This document shows, piece after piece, positions 26,271 to 37,545 of a stretch of DNA of 64,000 nt. This DNA comes from an uncultured Bdellovibrionales bacterium (GTDB lineage Bacteria; Patescibacteriota; Minisyncoccia; Moranbacterales; UBA1568), in the NCBI GenBank assembly GCA_964624415.1, contig CAZUWR010000002.1, positions 12,454-76,453 on the forward strand, given 5' to 3'. Both the position numbers and the translations under genes were made by a program. The notes below the pieces were generated by a model. It was not told where the DNA came from. It searched no databases and saw only the letters and a program-made list of their open reading frames with translations. The stretch's first letter is position 1; each line of letters starts with the position of its first letter.

Positions 26271-28103
26271 ATGAAAAACATCACCAAGAATCTGAGTGGT
26301 ATCATTCTCCTGTTTCTTTTGATTTCCGGGATAATGATACTCTATCAGTCCCCAACACCGAAACCAGCTGATGTATCCCTCAGCCAGCTTGCCGAACAAC
26401 TCAATGCCGGACAAGTCAAACAGATCACGGTCAACAAAAATGACCTGGCCATCGACCTTAAGGATGGTAAAACGGAAAAAGCTACTAAAGAATCTGAGGC
26501 TTCCCTCACCGATTCTTTGAGTAATTACGGGGTAGACAAGGACAAGCTTAAAGAAGTGAGTATCACTATCGAGGGTGAATCCGGAACTTCTTTTTGGGCA
26601 GCGGCTATTTTGCCTTTCCTCCTCCCTTTCCTCCTCATCGGAGCATTGCTGTGGTTTATGCTCCGTCAAGCACAGCGAGGAAACTCCCAAGCGATGTCAT
26701 TCGGTATGAGCCGCGCTCGTATGGTAGATCCTAACGACAAAAAGAAGCAGGTAAAGTTTTCCGATGTGGCGGGTGCGGAAGAGGCTAAAATTGAGCTTCA
26801 GGAAATCGTCGAATTCCTCAAACACCCCAAGAAATTCAAAGACATGGGTGCAAAAATCCCCAAAGGTGTGCTCCTTTTGGGTCAGCCGGGAACCGGAAAG
26901 ACTTTGATGGCGCGTGCTGTCGCAGGTGAAGCCGGCGTACCTTTTTTCAATATCAGCGGTTCGGAGTTTGTGGAGATGTTTGTGGGAGTTGGCGCCAGTC
27001 GCGTACGAGATCTCTTCAAACAAGCACTCAAAAGCGCTCCTGCTATTGTTTTCATTGATGAGATCGATGCTGTCGGTCGCCATCGTGGTGCGGGCCTTGG
27101 AGGCGGACACGACGAACGAGAACAGACACTCAATCAGATTCTGGTAGAAATGGACGGTTTTGAGACTGATACCAATATTATCGTTATCGCAGCCACCAAT
27201 CGCCCGGACGTACTTGATCCAGCATTGCTTCGGCCAGGTCGTTTCGATCGCCGCGTCACAATGGATCTTCCAGATATCAATGAGCGCGAAGCCATCCTTG
27301 CTATTCATGTAAAAAACAAACCTCTTGAAAAAGAAGTTCGCCTGCGGACTTTGGCCGAACGAACCCCTGGTTTTTCGGGCGCTGACCTTGCTAACTTAGT
27401 CAATGAAGCCGCTATCCTCGCTGCTCGTCGCAACAAAAAAACCATCAGCATAGCCGAGCTTACCGAGTCCATCGAAAAGGTGATGCTTGGACCGGAACGA
27501 AGAAGCAAAGTAATCAGCCCGAAAGAAAAAGAGATTATCGCCTATCACGAAGGCGGACACGCTTTGGTAGCTGCATTCTTGCCCTATGCCGACCCAGTGC
27601 AAAAGGTTTCTATCATTTCTCGCGGTCACGCTGGAGGCTATACCCTCGCCGTACCGACCGAGGACCGGGGACTGCACTCTTATAGGTACTTCCTTGATGA
27701 ACTCGCCACTTTTCTCGGTGGCTACGCGAGTGAGAAGCTTATTTTTGACGATGTTACGACCGGACCATCCAGCGATCTGGAGCGCGCCACCCAAATGGCT
27801 CGTAGTATCGTTACTCGTTATGGTATGAGCACGCTTGGACCTCGTACCTTTGGAAAAAAGGAAGAGCTGGTCTTTTTGGGACGGGAAATGCACGAGGAGC
27901 GCAATTACTCAGAGAAAACCGCCCAGGAAATCGACCAGGAGGTATCCCGATTTGTGAGCGAGGCTTATGATAGGGCTCGTAGCATCCTCGTAGAGAAAAA
28001 AGATATCCTGAAAAAGATTGCGGAAACGCTTCTGGAAAAGGAGATTCTTGAAAAAGAGGAGTTTGATGCTATTATCGGTACGGTTCCGGCAAAAATCCTT
28101 TAG
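26271..28103 (+). CDS. ftsH: ATP-dependent zinc metalloprotease FtsH
   Basis: two TM helices, [20 protein letters not shown]. Confidence 0.98.
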   Translation: MKNITKNLSGIILLFLLISGIMILYQSPTPKPADVSLSQLAEQLNAGQVKQITVNKNDLAIDLKDGKTEKATKESEASLTDSLSNYGVDKDKLKEVSITIEGESGTSFWAAAILPFLLPFLLIGALLWFMLRQAQRGNSQAMSFGMSRARMVDPNDKKKQVKFSDVAGAEEAKIELQEIVEFLKHPKKFKDMGAKIPKGVLLLGQPGTGKTLMARAVAGEAGVPFFNISGSEFVEMFVGVGASRVRDLFKQALKSAPAIVFIDEIDAVGRHRGAGLGGGHDEREQTLNQILVEMDGFETDTNIIVIAATNRPDVLDPALLRPGRFDRRVTMDLPDINEREAILAIHVKNKPLEKEVRLRTLAERTPGFSGADLANLVNEAAILAARRNKKTISIAELTESIEKVMLGPERRSKVISPKEKEIIAYHEGGHALVAAFLPYADPVQKVSIISRGHAGGYTLAVPTEDRGLHSYRYFLDELATFLGGYASEKLIFDDVTTGPSSDLERATQMARSIVTRYGMSTLGPRTFGKKEELVFLGREMHEERNYSEKTAQEIDQEVSRFVSEAYDRARSILVEKKDILKKIAETLLEKEILEKEEFDAIIGTVPAKIL

Positions 28104-28212
28104 AAGTACTTGCTTCTCCACTGTCATCTCAACAAAAAACAAGGTCTCAGAGCCTTGTTTTTTGTTTGCCTCTTGATTTTTATAGCAAACTTGTCTATAC
28201 TGAGGTTACTTT

Positions 28213-28289
28213 GGGTGTATAGCTCAGTTGGTTAGAGCGCTACATTGACATTGTAGAGGTCTCCTGTTCGAGTCAGGATACACCCACCA
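28213..28289 (+). tRNA. tRNA-Val(GAC)
   Basis: anticodon arm CTACA-ttGACat-TGTAG; encoded CCA. Confidence 0.96.
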
Positions 28290-28415
28290 TCGAAGTAATA
28301 CTTACACACAGCTATTTAGTATCTCTTAACGAATACACAAAAAACCCTCTGTAAAGGGTATGGGAGTTTTTATTAAGCCAAACAACCGCTTTGTCATAAA
28401 CAAGCGGTTGTTTTA

Positions 28416-29561
28416 TTATTGGCTTTGAAAATTAAAGTTGCTCGCATCAAGGCCGGTATAGCTATTCTGCGTCGAGGTATTGGTGCTACCGACATTCGCA
28501 CCCTTGAAATTCATATCGCCCCATGTTGTATTGCTACTCGTGATACCCTTGCTCGCATCCGTATTGAATGTATCTATACCGGAATTAAAATCGGATGACT
28601 GCCCCGATCCCGAGTTATTCCAATCGACATTAGCCAGCGATGAAAGACCTAAGTTTACACCCGTCGCTCCCGCTATTTCATTATTCACCTTATTAAGCCC
28701 CTCTGTCATAGCAATCCCTATGAAGGATGAGCCCATACTCGACACAAAGGCAGCAACATTATCCGTATTAAATCCCGCGCTTAAATTCAAATTCTGAACA
28801 TCACCCACCAACTGACCAACGGTGTAACCAGGGGTCTGCACAGTTCCGTTTTTCTCAACTGCCTTAAATCCATTATAGGCAATGGCCTGCACATCAGCCT
28901 TACGCTCTTCTTGAGCAACATAGGCAGCGTGAGCTTCCTGCGCTTTGAGCGTGTAGCTTGCCGGATAATTATTCGGGGACATCCCGGCACTAAAGGTACG
29001 CCAATTTGAGAATATCTGTGTCGGCGAACCATAGTTCATCAGATCGACATTCGGGAGTCCGGAATTCATTGCACTGCGAGCTCCGTTAACCAGATAAGAA
29101 TCATAGTTTGTCGTATCTCCGGGACAAAATCGTCCGACACATCCAGGCTGGCTACCCATAGCGATGCCTTCCTGTCGATAATTGGCAGTATTGCGACCAT
29201 GCGTCGTCATGGAGAAAAAATCATTCATATACGTACTCGCCTGCCGTTGCGGATCTGCCACCAAAAAAGTCTGCCAATTGGCGATAAACATAGGGCCCTT
29301 ACCATTGCCGCCGCCCACCATCATCGATATCTGAGTATTCATCACCTGGACCGTCGCTTGTTTAAGCGCGCCCAAAATCGCTCCGTTCAAGCGTAAGGTC
29401 AATTCCTCCTGTGCTTGTTTAAATATCGACGCCGCCATAGCAGCACCCCAAACATCCGCACGAGCACTTTGAACCTCCGTGAAAAAGAATGATGAAAAAA
29501 TCGCCGCTAAAAGCAAGAGTTTTTTAGGTCCTGAGGACAAAGATGATACATTTTTCATCAT
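28416..29561 (-). CDS. secreted hypothetical protein
   Basis: signal peptide; Ser/Asn/Thr-rich tail. Confidence 0.7.
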   Translation of the reverse strand: MMKNVSSLSSGPKKLLLLAAIFSSFFFTEVQSARADVWGAAMAASIFKQAQEELTLRLNGAILGALKQATVQVMNTQISMMVGGGNGKGPMFIANWQTFLVADPQRQASTYMNDFFSMTTHGRNTANYRQEGIAMGSQPGCVGRFCPGDTTNYDSYLVNGARSAMNSGLPNVDLMNYGSPTQIFSNWRTFSAGMSPNNYPASYTLKAQEAHAAYVAQEERKADVQAIAYNGFKAVEKNGTVQTPGYTVGQLVGDVQNLNLSAGFNTDNVAAFVSSMGSSFIGIAMTEGLNKVNNEIAGATGVNLGLSSLANVDWNNSGSGQSSDFNSGIDTFNTDASKGITSSNTTWGDMNFKGANVGSTNTSTQNSYTGLDASNFNFQSQ

Positions 29562-29573
29562 AGTGCAGTAAAA

Positions 29574-30611
29574 CTAATTCGAAGTAGGGGTATCGGCGAT
29601 ACTATTTTCCGTCAACGTTTTTTCCATATCATTAGCAAGATCCGTAAACAACTGCATAAATCCTTCTACCTGAGCGAATGAATTGATTTGCGCTAACGGA
29701 TCATTGCTGTCACTTGGTTTGATCTTATCCTTAAACGTCGTGATATATTGAGCTAAACGCAAAGCTTTCATATGCATCGGAAGCATATTCTCAGGAACCT
29801 TTAGATCCTGAAGCTGCTGAGTAATCAGATTTCCTTTTGATACAAAATCATCCAAAAGCGCGGAATTCTCTCCCGAAAGAACCCCCATAGAGTTGGTGGT
29901 TATAAACGAAGCCAATTTTTGCATATCGCCATCGGATTGCAGGGGCACTGGTGATGTATTGACCAGAATATACGATACGGCCGCCACATACGCCAATGTG
30001 TCCTCTTTTATTTTTGCAACTCGATCAGCCTCTGATAAGTTCGAATATTTCTGCTTTTGGATCTTTATCGATTTCACATCAATCTCAGGCAATGTGTCGG
30101 TACTCACATTATCATTAATGGTCTTTTGGACCACACTGCGCAAATCATCCAACGAAAGATTCTGTTTATTAGAAGCACTTTCTTTTAACGCAGTCGCAAC
30201 TTGTCGAGAAACTTCTTCCGTAAGATTCGTTTTTTGAGACCCTGTTTCTGAAGAAACGGCCATTGCAAGAACATCAGCACTCTGAACATCCGTTAGCGTG
30301 CTTACTTTATCCCCAGGAGCTGCTTTTAGAGGATTGTAGCCGCTCTTGATTTCCGTTCCATCCGAGTAACCATCTCCATCCGTATCAGCTTTATGAGGAT
30401 CCGTACCATATAAACGCTCCTCTTCATTACTCAAACCATCCTGATCCGCATCCTGAAAAATATTTTTACTTGAGGTGCTCTGCGTATCAGCTAAAGAAAA
30501 AACAGCGAAACTAAAGGCAAAAAGGCTGCCAAATACAAATGTAGCCAGTTTGAGATTTTTTATTTTTATTTTCTGTGCAAGAAACGTGAACATAGCACCT
30601 GAATATGACAA
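29574..30611 (-). CDS. secreted protein with thrombospondin type 3-like Ca-binding repeat
   Basis: DADQDGLSNEEERLYGTDPHKADTDGDGYSDGTE. Confidence 0.8.
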   Translation of the reverse strand: MSYSGAMFTFLAQKIKIKNLKLATFVFGSLFAFSFAVFSLADTQSTSSKNIFQDADQDGLSNEEERLYGTDPHKADTDGDGYSDGTEIKSGYNPLKAAPGDKVSTLTDVQSADVLAMAVSSETGSQKTNLTEEVSRQVATALKESASNKQNLSLDDLRSVVQKTINDNVSTDTLPEIDVKSIKIQKQKYSNLSEADRVAKIKEDTLAYVAAVSYILVNTSPVPLQSDGDMQKLASFITTNSMGVLSGENSALLDDFVSKGNLITQQLQDLKVPENMLPMHMKALRLAQYITTFKDKIKPSDSNDPLAQINSFAQVEGFMQLFTDLANDMEKTLTENSIADTPTSN

Positions 30612-30656
30612 TACACTCTTTATTCAACTATACCACTAGTTTATACTTTCGCAAAA

Positions 30657-32111
30657 TTATGGTCTTTTTATTGTCAAAAATGTATTTTTGTGTTCTATTA
30701 TTAAACCGGCGCTTAAACCACAAACTATCCAAAAAAGCAATTGCCCTTGCTGTATATCCCACAAATAATGATCAGCAATCAAAATAGGAAGAAAACCGAT
30801 AAGCGCTGCGCGCGCATACACATTCAAATAGATTAGCTTCTGTAAAAAATTCTGAGCATCATTTAAAACGACAGTTGTTAACATAGTATGTTTTAGCTTA
30901 CTTCCGACAAGCGTTATGTACCACATCGTAAAAATGAAGAATCCAATAACTCCCAGTTCCGCCCAAATAAGCAAGAATACATTATGTACGGGCTGCAATT
31001 GCCAGTCATACAGTGGATAAATAGTCTGCTGCGCCATAAAAATAACCAGTTGTCCACAACTTATCCCCAAAATAGGGTGGTTGTGTATAACATCAAAAGC
31101 TACCTGTTGATAGAGTACTCGTTCTCTAAGCGATTGAAATAAAAGCGCGTCTTTATCCACTCTTACATAAAACTCTGTGCAAACAAACGCTCCTACAACA
31201 AGTATCGCCACACTAAAAACATGCTTAAAATTAAACTTCTTTAATCTTACTGTATTTTTTCTCATACCAGCATACTCATGCTTTGTTCCACGTGAAACAA
31301 TGACGATAAAACAAACGCTCAAGAGAAATCCTAGAATGGCTGATTTCGAAAAACTTACTCCCAATCCAATGATCTGTATAAGTAAGACTCCATAGTACAT
31401 CAACTTGCCTTGCTCCTGTTCCACGTGAAACATTTTGAAATACATATGGCTCAAAAGGATAGTGCAGCATAAAAAGCCTCCTAGTATATTGGGGTGTGGG
31501 AAGGTACCATAGGCGCGAATGTACTTATCGCCATCAAGAATGATTTTTGCAACCCCCAAAGACGATGGCTGGAGAATACTTTCACGTAAGAAAGTGAGTC
31601 CCAATGAATGCTGCAGCATGAATTGCCCTATACTAAGGGAAGATTCTAAAACACCTGCTAGTATAAAAATACCGAGCACCTTTCGAAAAATAACCTGCTT
31701 TTGAGCTAGCGCATATGTTCCATGTGGAACAATGTGAAACAGTGTAAAGAGGTACAGTCCGTACAATTCAATTAACTTACACACAAAGAAGATCCCTACC
31801 ACACTATCTCTTGCCCAGAGCAAAGAGGCGATTGACCATAGTATCAATACCACAGGAAATCCTACGAGGACACTCCTAGTGTTCCACGTGAAACATTTCC
31901 TTGCTATTGACATAAGTTTTAAATCGTGTCTTTCTTTTAAAAACCATGCTCCTAGAGCAAGCATAAGCATTATGTCAGACAGGTAGAGAGATATATCAGC
32001 ATACTCATTAAATGCTCCGTGCAGTGGTCTGTACCATAAAACCTTCCTTATAGACAAGGGAAGGGTGAAAAGAAAGCCGTAGAAGAGATATACGTCGATT
32101 TTTCCCTTCAT
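30657..32111 (-). CDS. O-antigen ligase (Wzy_C) family membrane protein
   Basis: RAYGTFPHPNILGGF, SFSKSA, QPVHNVFLLIWAELG; start chosen at MKGKID. Confidence 0.85.
   Translation of the reverse strand: MKGKIDVYLFYGFLFTLPLSIRKVLWYRPLHGAFNEYADISLYLSDIMLMLALGAWFLKERHDLKLMSIARKCFTWNTRSVLVGFPVVLILWSIASLLWARDSVVGIFFVCKLIELYGLYLFTLFHIVPHGTYALAQKQVIFRKVLGIFILAGVLESSLSIGQFMLQHSLGLTFLRESILQPSSLGVAKIILDGDKYIRAYGTFPHPNILGGFLCCTILLSHMYFKMFHVEQEQGKLMYYGVLLIQIIGLGVSFSKSAILGFLLSVCFIVIVSRGTKHEYAGMRKNTVRLKKFNFKHVFSVAILVVGAFVCTEFYVRVDKDALLFQSLRERVLYQQVAFDVIHNHPILGISCGQLVIFMAQQTIYPLYDWQLQPVHNVFLLIWAELGVIGFFIFTMWYITLVGSKLKHTMLTTVVLNDAQNFLQKLIYLNVYARAALIGFLPILIADHYLWDIQQGQLLFWIVCGLSAGLIIEHKNTFLTIKRP
31284..31299. 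promoter_or_regulatory. parS site 1
   Basis: TGTTCCACGTGAAACA. Confidence 0.9.
31417..31432. promoter_or_regulatory. parS site 2
   Basis: TGTTCCACGTGAAACA. Confidence 0.9.
31716..31731. promoter_or_regulatory. parS site 3
   Basis: TGTTCCATGTGGAACA. Confidence 0.8.
31880..31895. promoter_or_regulatory. parS site 4
   Basis: TGTTCCACGTGAAACA. Confidence 0.9.
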
Positions 32112-32248
32112 ATTTTTACCTATGTCTTTCACACTCTTTTCATTAAATGAGGCTTCATTGACTCTAGTATACAGAGTTTTGCTTTTTTTGGATATTTGAC
32201 GAATCTCCAAAATCTGCTATGATACTAGTGTTTCATATGGTATCGTAA

Positions 32249-32322
32249 GGGCCTGTAGCTTAGCCCGGTAGAGCGCTTCCATGGCATGGAAGAGGTCAGG
32301 AGTTCGAATCTCCTCAGGTCCA
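32249..32322 (+). tRNA. tRNA-Ala(GGC)
   Basis: anticodon arm CTTCC-atGGCat-GGAAG; G3-U70 pair. Confidence 0.95.
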
Positions 32323-32398
32323 CAAAAACAACTGCGTTTATAGTAAGAATATCTGACTAAATTGGTTCGACAATACAAAAAACAATCCTAATACGCAC

Positions 32399-32824
32399 AT
32401 GGGACATTCCTCTCAAAAAAGCCTCGGTTACGCTTTATCTCAACTCAATCGGCTGTGGAATCAACGCTTTATGGAGAAATTGCGTGCCCAAGGGTACTAC
32501 AATCTCAAACCATCGTTTTGCGTTGTATTTATACCTCTTTTTGAAAATGACGGTCAAAGTGCATCAGATCTTGCTCGCGAAGCGAAGATAAGCAAACAAA
32601 CTATGAGTATCTATGCTCATGAATTGAGACAGCGCGGGTATATCAAAATGGTTCAAGATACCACGGACAAAAGAGTATACCGGATTTTTCTCACTGCTAA
32701 GGGGTCACTCCTCCATAAGGTATTCGAATCAACACAGCATTCTATCAGTCAGGAACTCTGCGGACACCTTCTTGCTTCAGAAGCAGCTGAGCTTTCACGG
32801 ATTTTAGAAAAATGCTTTAAATAA
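32399..32824 (+). CDS. MarR family transcriptional regulator
   Basis: SDLAREAKISKQTMS...GYI...DKRVYRIFLTAKG. Confidence 0.88.
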   Translation: MGHSSQKSLGYALSQLNRLWNQRFMEKLRAQGYYNLKPSFCVVFIPLFENDGQSASDLAREAKISKQTMSIYAHELRQRGYIKMVQDTTDKRVYRIFLTAKGSLLHKVFESTQHSISQELCGHLLASEAAELSRILEKCFK

Positions 32825-32968
32825 AACCATAAAAGGAAATTTACATCCTAAAATAGAAAAGTATTTGCCAAAAAGAAAGTTTTCTGTTACTCTGTAAAAG
32901 TAGTAATTTATAAGCACTAGCGCATATTGGTTTTATGTATAAAACGAGCATGCTGCTACCACAATGTT

Positions 32969-33235
32969 ATGGCGCTCACGCACCAACAGAAGGATAAAGT
33001 AACAAAAGATATTAAGAGGCATGATAAAGATACCGGCTCTCCGGAGTATCAGATCGCTCTTTTTACCGAAAGAATCAAGAAACTTACGACTCACCTTAAA
33101 AAGAACAGTAAAGATTTTCATTCCCGGCGCGGATTGTTGAAAATGGTAGCAAAAAGACGAAAATTGATGTCCTATCTAAAAAAAACCGATGAGGCATCTC
33201 AGCAGACATTGGCCAAGAAACTCAACTTGAAATAA
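32969..33235 (+). CDS. rpsO: 30S ribosomal protein S15
   Basis: DTGSPEYQIALFT, KDFHSRRGLLKMV. Confidence 0.97.
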   Translation: MALTHQQKDKVTKDIKRHDKDTGSPEYQIALFTERIKKLTTHLKKNSKDFHSRRGLLKMVAKRRKLMSYLKKTDEASQQTLAKKLNLK

Positions 33236-33298
33236 GTACTCGATGCAGGTTTTCTTAACCTGCATTTTGGTTTTTTTATTTTATGAGCAAATAGTTAT

Positions 33299-33796
33299 AT
33301 GGCAAAATTTAAAGAGCAGCGTGTTGGAATGCTAGTAGATATACAAAACATCTACTACAGTGCTCGCGTATTGTACGGGAAAAAAGCGAATTTCAAAAAC
33401 ATTCTCTTAGCCGGGGCTGGGGACAGAAAGCTTATTCGAGCCATAGGGTATGGCATCAGCACGGTTGAGGGGATGGAAGAGAAATTTTTTGACGCGCTTG
33501 AAAAATCAGGTTTTGAGGTAAAAACGAAGGATCTTCAGATATTTCCGGATGGCGCTAAGAAAGGTGATTGGGATGTCGGGCTCGCTATCGATGCCATCAA
33601 AATGTCTCAGAGTCTTGATGCGGTTATTCTGGTTTCCGGAGATGGAGACTATATTCCCTTGGTGGAATATATCCAAAACACCACCGGTTGCCGTGTTGAG
33701 CTCATCGCTTTCCAAGAGTCGACAAGCGGAAAACTCATCGAAAAGGTGGATGATTTCCTCAATCTCTCTTCGGATAAAAAAAGATTTCTTATTTAG
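33299..33796 (+). CDS. NYN domain (LabA/DUF88) putative RNase
   Basis: VDIQN, KGDWDVGLAID, SGDGDY. Confidence 0.9.
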   Translation: MAKFKEQRVGMLVDIQNIYYSARVLYGKKANFKNILLAGAGDRKLIRAIGYGISTVEGMEEKFFDALEKSGFEVKTKDLQIFPDGAKKGDWDVGLAIDAIKMSQSLDAVILVSGDGDYIPLVEYIQNTTGCRVELIAFQESTSGKLIEKVDDFLNLSSDKKRFLI

Positions 33797-33937
33797 CTCT
33801 GTTTATCTCCTAAAAATCACCCTTAATTCGGGTGGTTTTTTGTTTTGTTAATGATTAGCTATTCAAAACGGAATGTGAGTTTTATTTTTTGACAAAAACT
33901 GAAAAATACTTCACACTAAGAACAGTTTTCATTAATA

Positions 33938-34028
33938 AGCACACCTTCTCTCAAAGACTGAGGCACTGTAGCGTAGTGAAGTATTGCTTCAATGCGGCAC
34001 CGTGTTAGAGTCTGTGAGTGATGGCGCT
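33938..34028 (+). promoter_or_regulatory. structured pnp 5' leader (long hairpin)
   Basis: TTGACA-17-CACACT promoter at 33889-33917; CTCAAAGACT 33950-33959 / AGTCTGTGAG 34009-34018. Confidence 0.5.
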
Positions 34029-34036
34029 CTAAAACT

Positions 34037-36166
34037 ATGCAAGAGAAACAATGGTCCCTCCAGATCGGGGGACGTGAGCTGGTTATTTCAACCGGTCTTT
34101 TAGCGGATCAGGCGAATGGATCAGTAACAGCTCGATATGGCGACACCGTTATCCTCGCTACCGCTGTTATGAGTAAAGGGGCTTCAAGGATAAATGGGTA
34201 CTTTCCGCTCATGGTGGATTTCGAAGAGCGCTACTATGCTGCAGGAAAAATCAAAGGTTCAAGATTCGTTAAGCGCGAGGGGCGGCCATCTGATGACTCA
34301 GTGCTCGCAGGACGTGCGGTTGACAGAACTATCAGGCCACTTTTCAATCCCCGCATGCGCAATGAAGTACAGGTTATCGTCACAACACTCTCTTTCGATG
34401 GCGAGAACTCTTCTGATATCGTTGCTATGATAGCCGCATCCGCAGCACTTTCCCTTTCGGATATTCCTTGGAATGGCCCTATCGGAGCTGTACGTGTCGG
34501 ACTCATTAATGATCAGTTCGTCCTCAACCCGGTCAATGAAGAACGTAAAGAAAGCGCGCTCGATCTTTTGATTTCCGGAACACAATCAAAAATCAATATG
34601 CTCGAGGTCGGAGCTAATGAGGTTCCTGAAGAAACCATTACCAAAGCCTTTGCATTCGGATTTGAAGCCCTCCAAAAAATCGCGGCATTTATCGAAAGTA
34701 TCCGACAGGAAGCTGGTAAAGAGAAAGCTCTCCCGGCACTTTTGAAAGGTTCGGATGAATTCGAAGCAAAAATCCGTGAACTGCTCTTAACAGAAAATAT
34801 CGGCGATGCCCTATATCTTAAAGATAAAAAGGCTGTGTATACTCGCACAGACGAAATACAAGCAACTATTACAGAGTACATCAATACCAACTATGCTGAA
34901 GAATCAGCTAAACTCCAGGATGTTGCCAGGCAAATATTCGACGAAGTTTCCGATGAAATCGTTCATGCAAATGTCTTGGAAAAAGGTTTGCGTCCGGATG
35001 GAAGAAGTTTAACAGAAATCCGTCCTATCACTTGCCGAGTGGGTATTTTGCCACGAACACACGGCACAGGACTCTTCACTCGCGGTGAAACACAAGCGCT
35101 CACTATCACCACCTTAGGCGCACCTGGAGACGAACAGACTATCGATACCATGGAAACAGACACCAAGAAGCGGTATATCCACCACTATAATTTTCCACCC
35201 TATTCCGTCGGCGAAGTTCGCCCGATGCGTGGACCTGGTCGTCGAGAAATCGGGCATGGGGCTTTGGCTGAAAAAGCCCTTCTTCCTGTGCTTCCAAGCA
35301 AAGAAGAGTTTCCTTACACCATGCTGCTTGTTTCGGAAGTTCTTTCTTCCAATGGGTCTTCCTCTATGGCATCGACATGCGGATCAACACTCTCACTTAT
35401 GGACGCGGGTGTGCCTATTAAAGCGCCGGTAAGCGGTATTGCTATGGGTATTATCGTCGGTGATGAAAAAAACTTCAGAGTACTCACTGATATCCAAGGT
35501 CTGGAAGATCACTACGGTGATATGGATTTTAAGGCAGCAGGAACAACCAAAGGTATCACAGCCGTACAAATGGATGTCAAGGTTGATGGTGTAACACTTG
35601 AAATGCTTGAGGCGGTTCTTACTCAATCCCATGGTAATCGCAAAGAAATCTTAGAGAAGATGCTCTCCGCTATTCCGGAATCCCGTCAAAACCTCTCAGT
35701 CTACGCTCCACGCATTATCACGCTACATATTAATCCGGATAAGATCCGTGATGTTATCGGGCCTGGCGGTAAAATGATCAATCAAATCATCGATGAAACG
35801 GGTGTGTCTATCGATATCGAAGATGATGGCTCCGTGTTTATAACATCCGCAGATGAAATAAGCGCTAAAAAGGCAGTAGAATGGATCAATAATATTACTC
35901 GGGAAGTGATGGTGGGAGAAATATTCACTGCACGCATCACCCGTATTATGACTTTTGGCGCTTTTGCTGAAGTGCTTCCGAATCAGGAAGGTCTCATCCA
36001 TATCTCAGAACTCTCCGCTGATCGTGTTGATAAGGTTGAGGATGTAGTTTCGGTAGGGGATATGGTCTCGGTAAAAATAAAAGAGATTGATAGCCAAGGA
36101 AGAATCAACCTTTCTATGAAGGCAACAAAACAACCTTCACCGGAGAATAGTGAGAATCTCAGTTAG
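34037..36166 (+). CDS. pnp: polyribonucleotide nucleotidyltransferase
   Basis: RREIGHG, SNGSSSMAS, GDMDFK, KH and S1 domains. Confidence 0.98.
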   Translation: MQEKQWSLQIGGRELVISTGLLADQANGSVTARYGDTVILATAVMSKGASRINGYFPLMVDFEERYYAAGKIKGSRFVKREGRPSDDSVLAGRAVDRTIRPLFNPRMRNEVQVIVTTLSFDGENSSDIVAMIAASAALSLSDIPWNGPIGAVRVGLINDQFVLNPVNEERKESALDLLISGTQSKINMLEVGANEVPEETITKAFAFGFEALQKIAAFIESIRQEAGKEKALPALLKGSDEFEAKIRELLLTENIGDALYLKDKKAVYTRTDEIQATITEYINTNYAEESAKLQDVARQIFDEVSDEIVHANVLEKGLRPDGRSLTEIRPITCRVGILPRTHGTGLFTRGETQALTITTLGAPGDEQTIDTMETDTKKRYIHHYNFPPYSVGEVRPMRGPGRREIGHGALAEKALLPVLPSKEEFPYTMLLVSEVLSSNGSSSMASTCGSTLSLMDAGVPIKAPVSGIAMGIIVGDEKNFRVLTDIQGLEDHYGDMDFKAAGTTKGITAVQMDVKVDGVTLEMLEAVLTQSHGNRKEILEKMLSAIPESRQNLSVYAPRIITLHINPDKIRDVIGPGGKMINQIIDETGVSIDIEDDGSVFITSADEISAKKAVEWINNITREVMVGEIFTARITRIMTFGAFAEVLPNQEGLIHISELSADRVDKVEDVVSVGDMVSVKIKEIDSQGRINLSMKATKQPSPENSENLS

Positions 36167-36237
36167 CTAAAAACGACTTTTTATTATACAATAAGGATAT
36201 CTTTATAAGGTATCCTTATTTGTTTATCATTCTTCTT

Positions 36238-37323
36238 ATGTCGTTTTTTTCTCAAAAGACACCTTCTCAAAATAATCCTGGCGGACCTGCCTTGAAAGTA
36301 AGGACTATGCAGGATGATATCAATAATTTTTCCGATGCGCCAGCTGAAAAAACAGTTCCCGAAATGCCAGTCATACAAACACAAAAGACTGAGCCGCTTA
36401 AACCGGTTGAGAATATTCCTCAACACAATAATTCGCCATTTGCCAATACTCCGCCTCCATTAGCTGCATCAACATCCAAAGGACCCTTCACGCAAAACCC
36501 CTTCATAACAACACCTCAAACCCAAGATGGTCAGGTACAACAAACACCAACTAGCTTCCAAAAAGATCCGTTCATGCAGGCAAATGATTTCAATGCCAAT
36601 ATACATATAAGTGGCACCTCTTCAACCACATCGAAAGTGCTTTCTTTTTTGGTAACACTTATCATACTAGCCTCCATAGGCGGAGGAGGGTATTATTTCA
36701 TACACACAAGAAATATTGATGTATATTCCTTGCTAGGAAAAACGCCTATACAGGAAACTCCGAAATTACTCTTCTCTAGCGAAAAACCGAATTATCTTCC
36801 TCTAGATAGCTCTATTAGTACCCCTCAGGCATTTCAAACGCTTCTCGCCCAAACAGCGCAGCAAGTGACCAGCCTTAAGAGCACAAAACCTATCGAATTC
36901 TTCGTCACGGACGCCAATAATAAACCGCTTTCTTTTAGGGAATTTTCGAAACTTTCAGGCATACAACTTTCTTCGGCAACGCTTAACGCGCTTGGCGATA
37001 CCTTTTCCCTCTTTGTCTACACAGATGGTCAACGCACCAACATAGGACTTTCTATTACAATAAAAGATGTTACTGCGCTCAAAGAAAGTTTCAAACAAGA
37101 AGAACCTTCACTCATACAATCGCTTACGCCGCTTTTCCTCAACAATTCACCAACAGTAACAACAAAAACATTTAGCGATGGCTCTTACAAAAATATGCCC
37201 CTACGCTATCTCAATCTTCGCGAAGACACGTCGCTCTCTATCGACTATGCTATTACCACTACTCATCTTATTATCGGAACAAGTATGAAAACGCATCATG
37301 CATTACTTGATATTGTTCAATAG
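36238..37323 (+). CDS. hypothetical single-TM protein with Pro/Gln-rich N-terminus
   Basis: VRTMQDDI motif, central TM helix. Confidence 0.7.
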   Translation: MSFFSQKTPSQNNPGGPALKVRTMQDDINNFSDAPAEKTVPEMPVIQTQKTEPLKPVENIPQHNNSPFANTPPPLAASTSKGPFTQNPFITTPQTQDGQVQQTPTSFQKDPFMQANDFNANIHISGTSSTTSKVLSFLVTLIILASIGGGGYYFIHTRNIDVYSLLGKTPIQETPKLLFSSEKPNYLPLDSSISTPQAFQTLLAQTAQQVTSLKSTKPIEFFVTDANNKPLSFREFSKLSGIQLSSATLNALGDTFSLFVYTDGQRTNIGLSITIKDVTALKESFKQEEPSLIQSLTPLFLNNSPTVTTKTFSDGSYKNMPLRYLNLREDTSLSIDYAITTTHLIIGTSMKTHHALLDIVQ

Positions 37324-37510
37324 GGATAGTGTGTTAAGAAATACCAAAAATAATTCTCTTGTAAAAGAGAATTATTTTTTTAAGGCTTATATACAGAAAA
37401 AGAAAGTGGCTTTTTTCAAAAACATGAAAATGGTAGTGTAGGAATATATTTTCTTCTTTGACACGCACGCTTCATAAGAGAGTTATTTACGCGATACAAT
37501 GAATTCTTGA

Positions 37511-37539
37511 TTGACGTATGCATTTTTTTTTGCTATACT
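37511..37539 (+). promoter_or_regulatory. sigma70 promoter (extended -10)
   Basis: TTGACG-17-TATACT preceded by TG. Confidence 0.75.
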
Positions 37540-37545
37540 ATAGAT

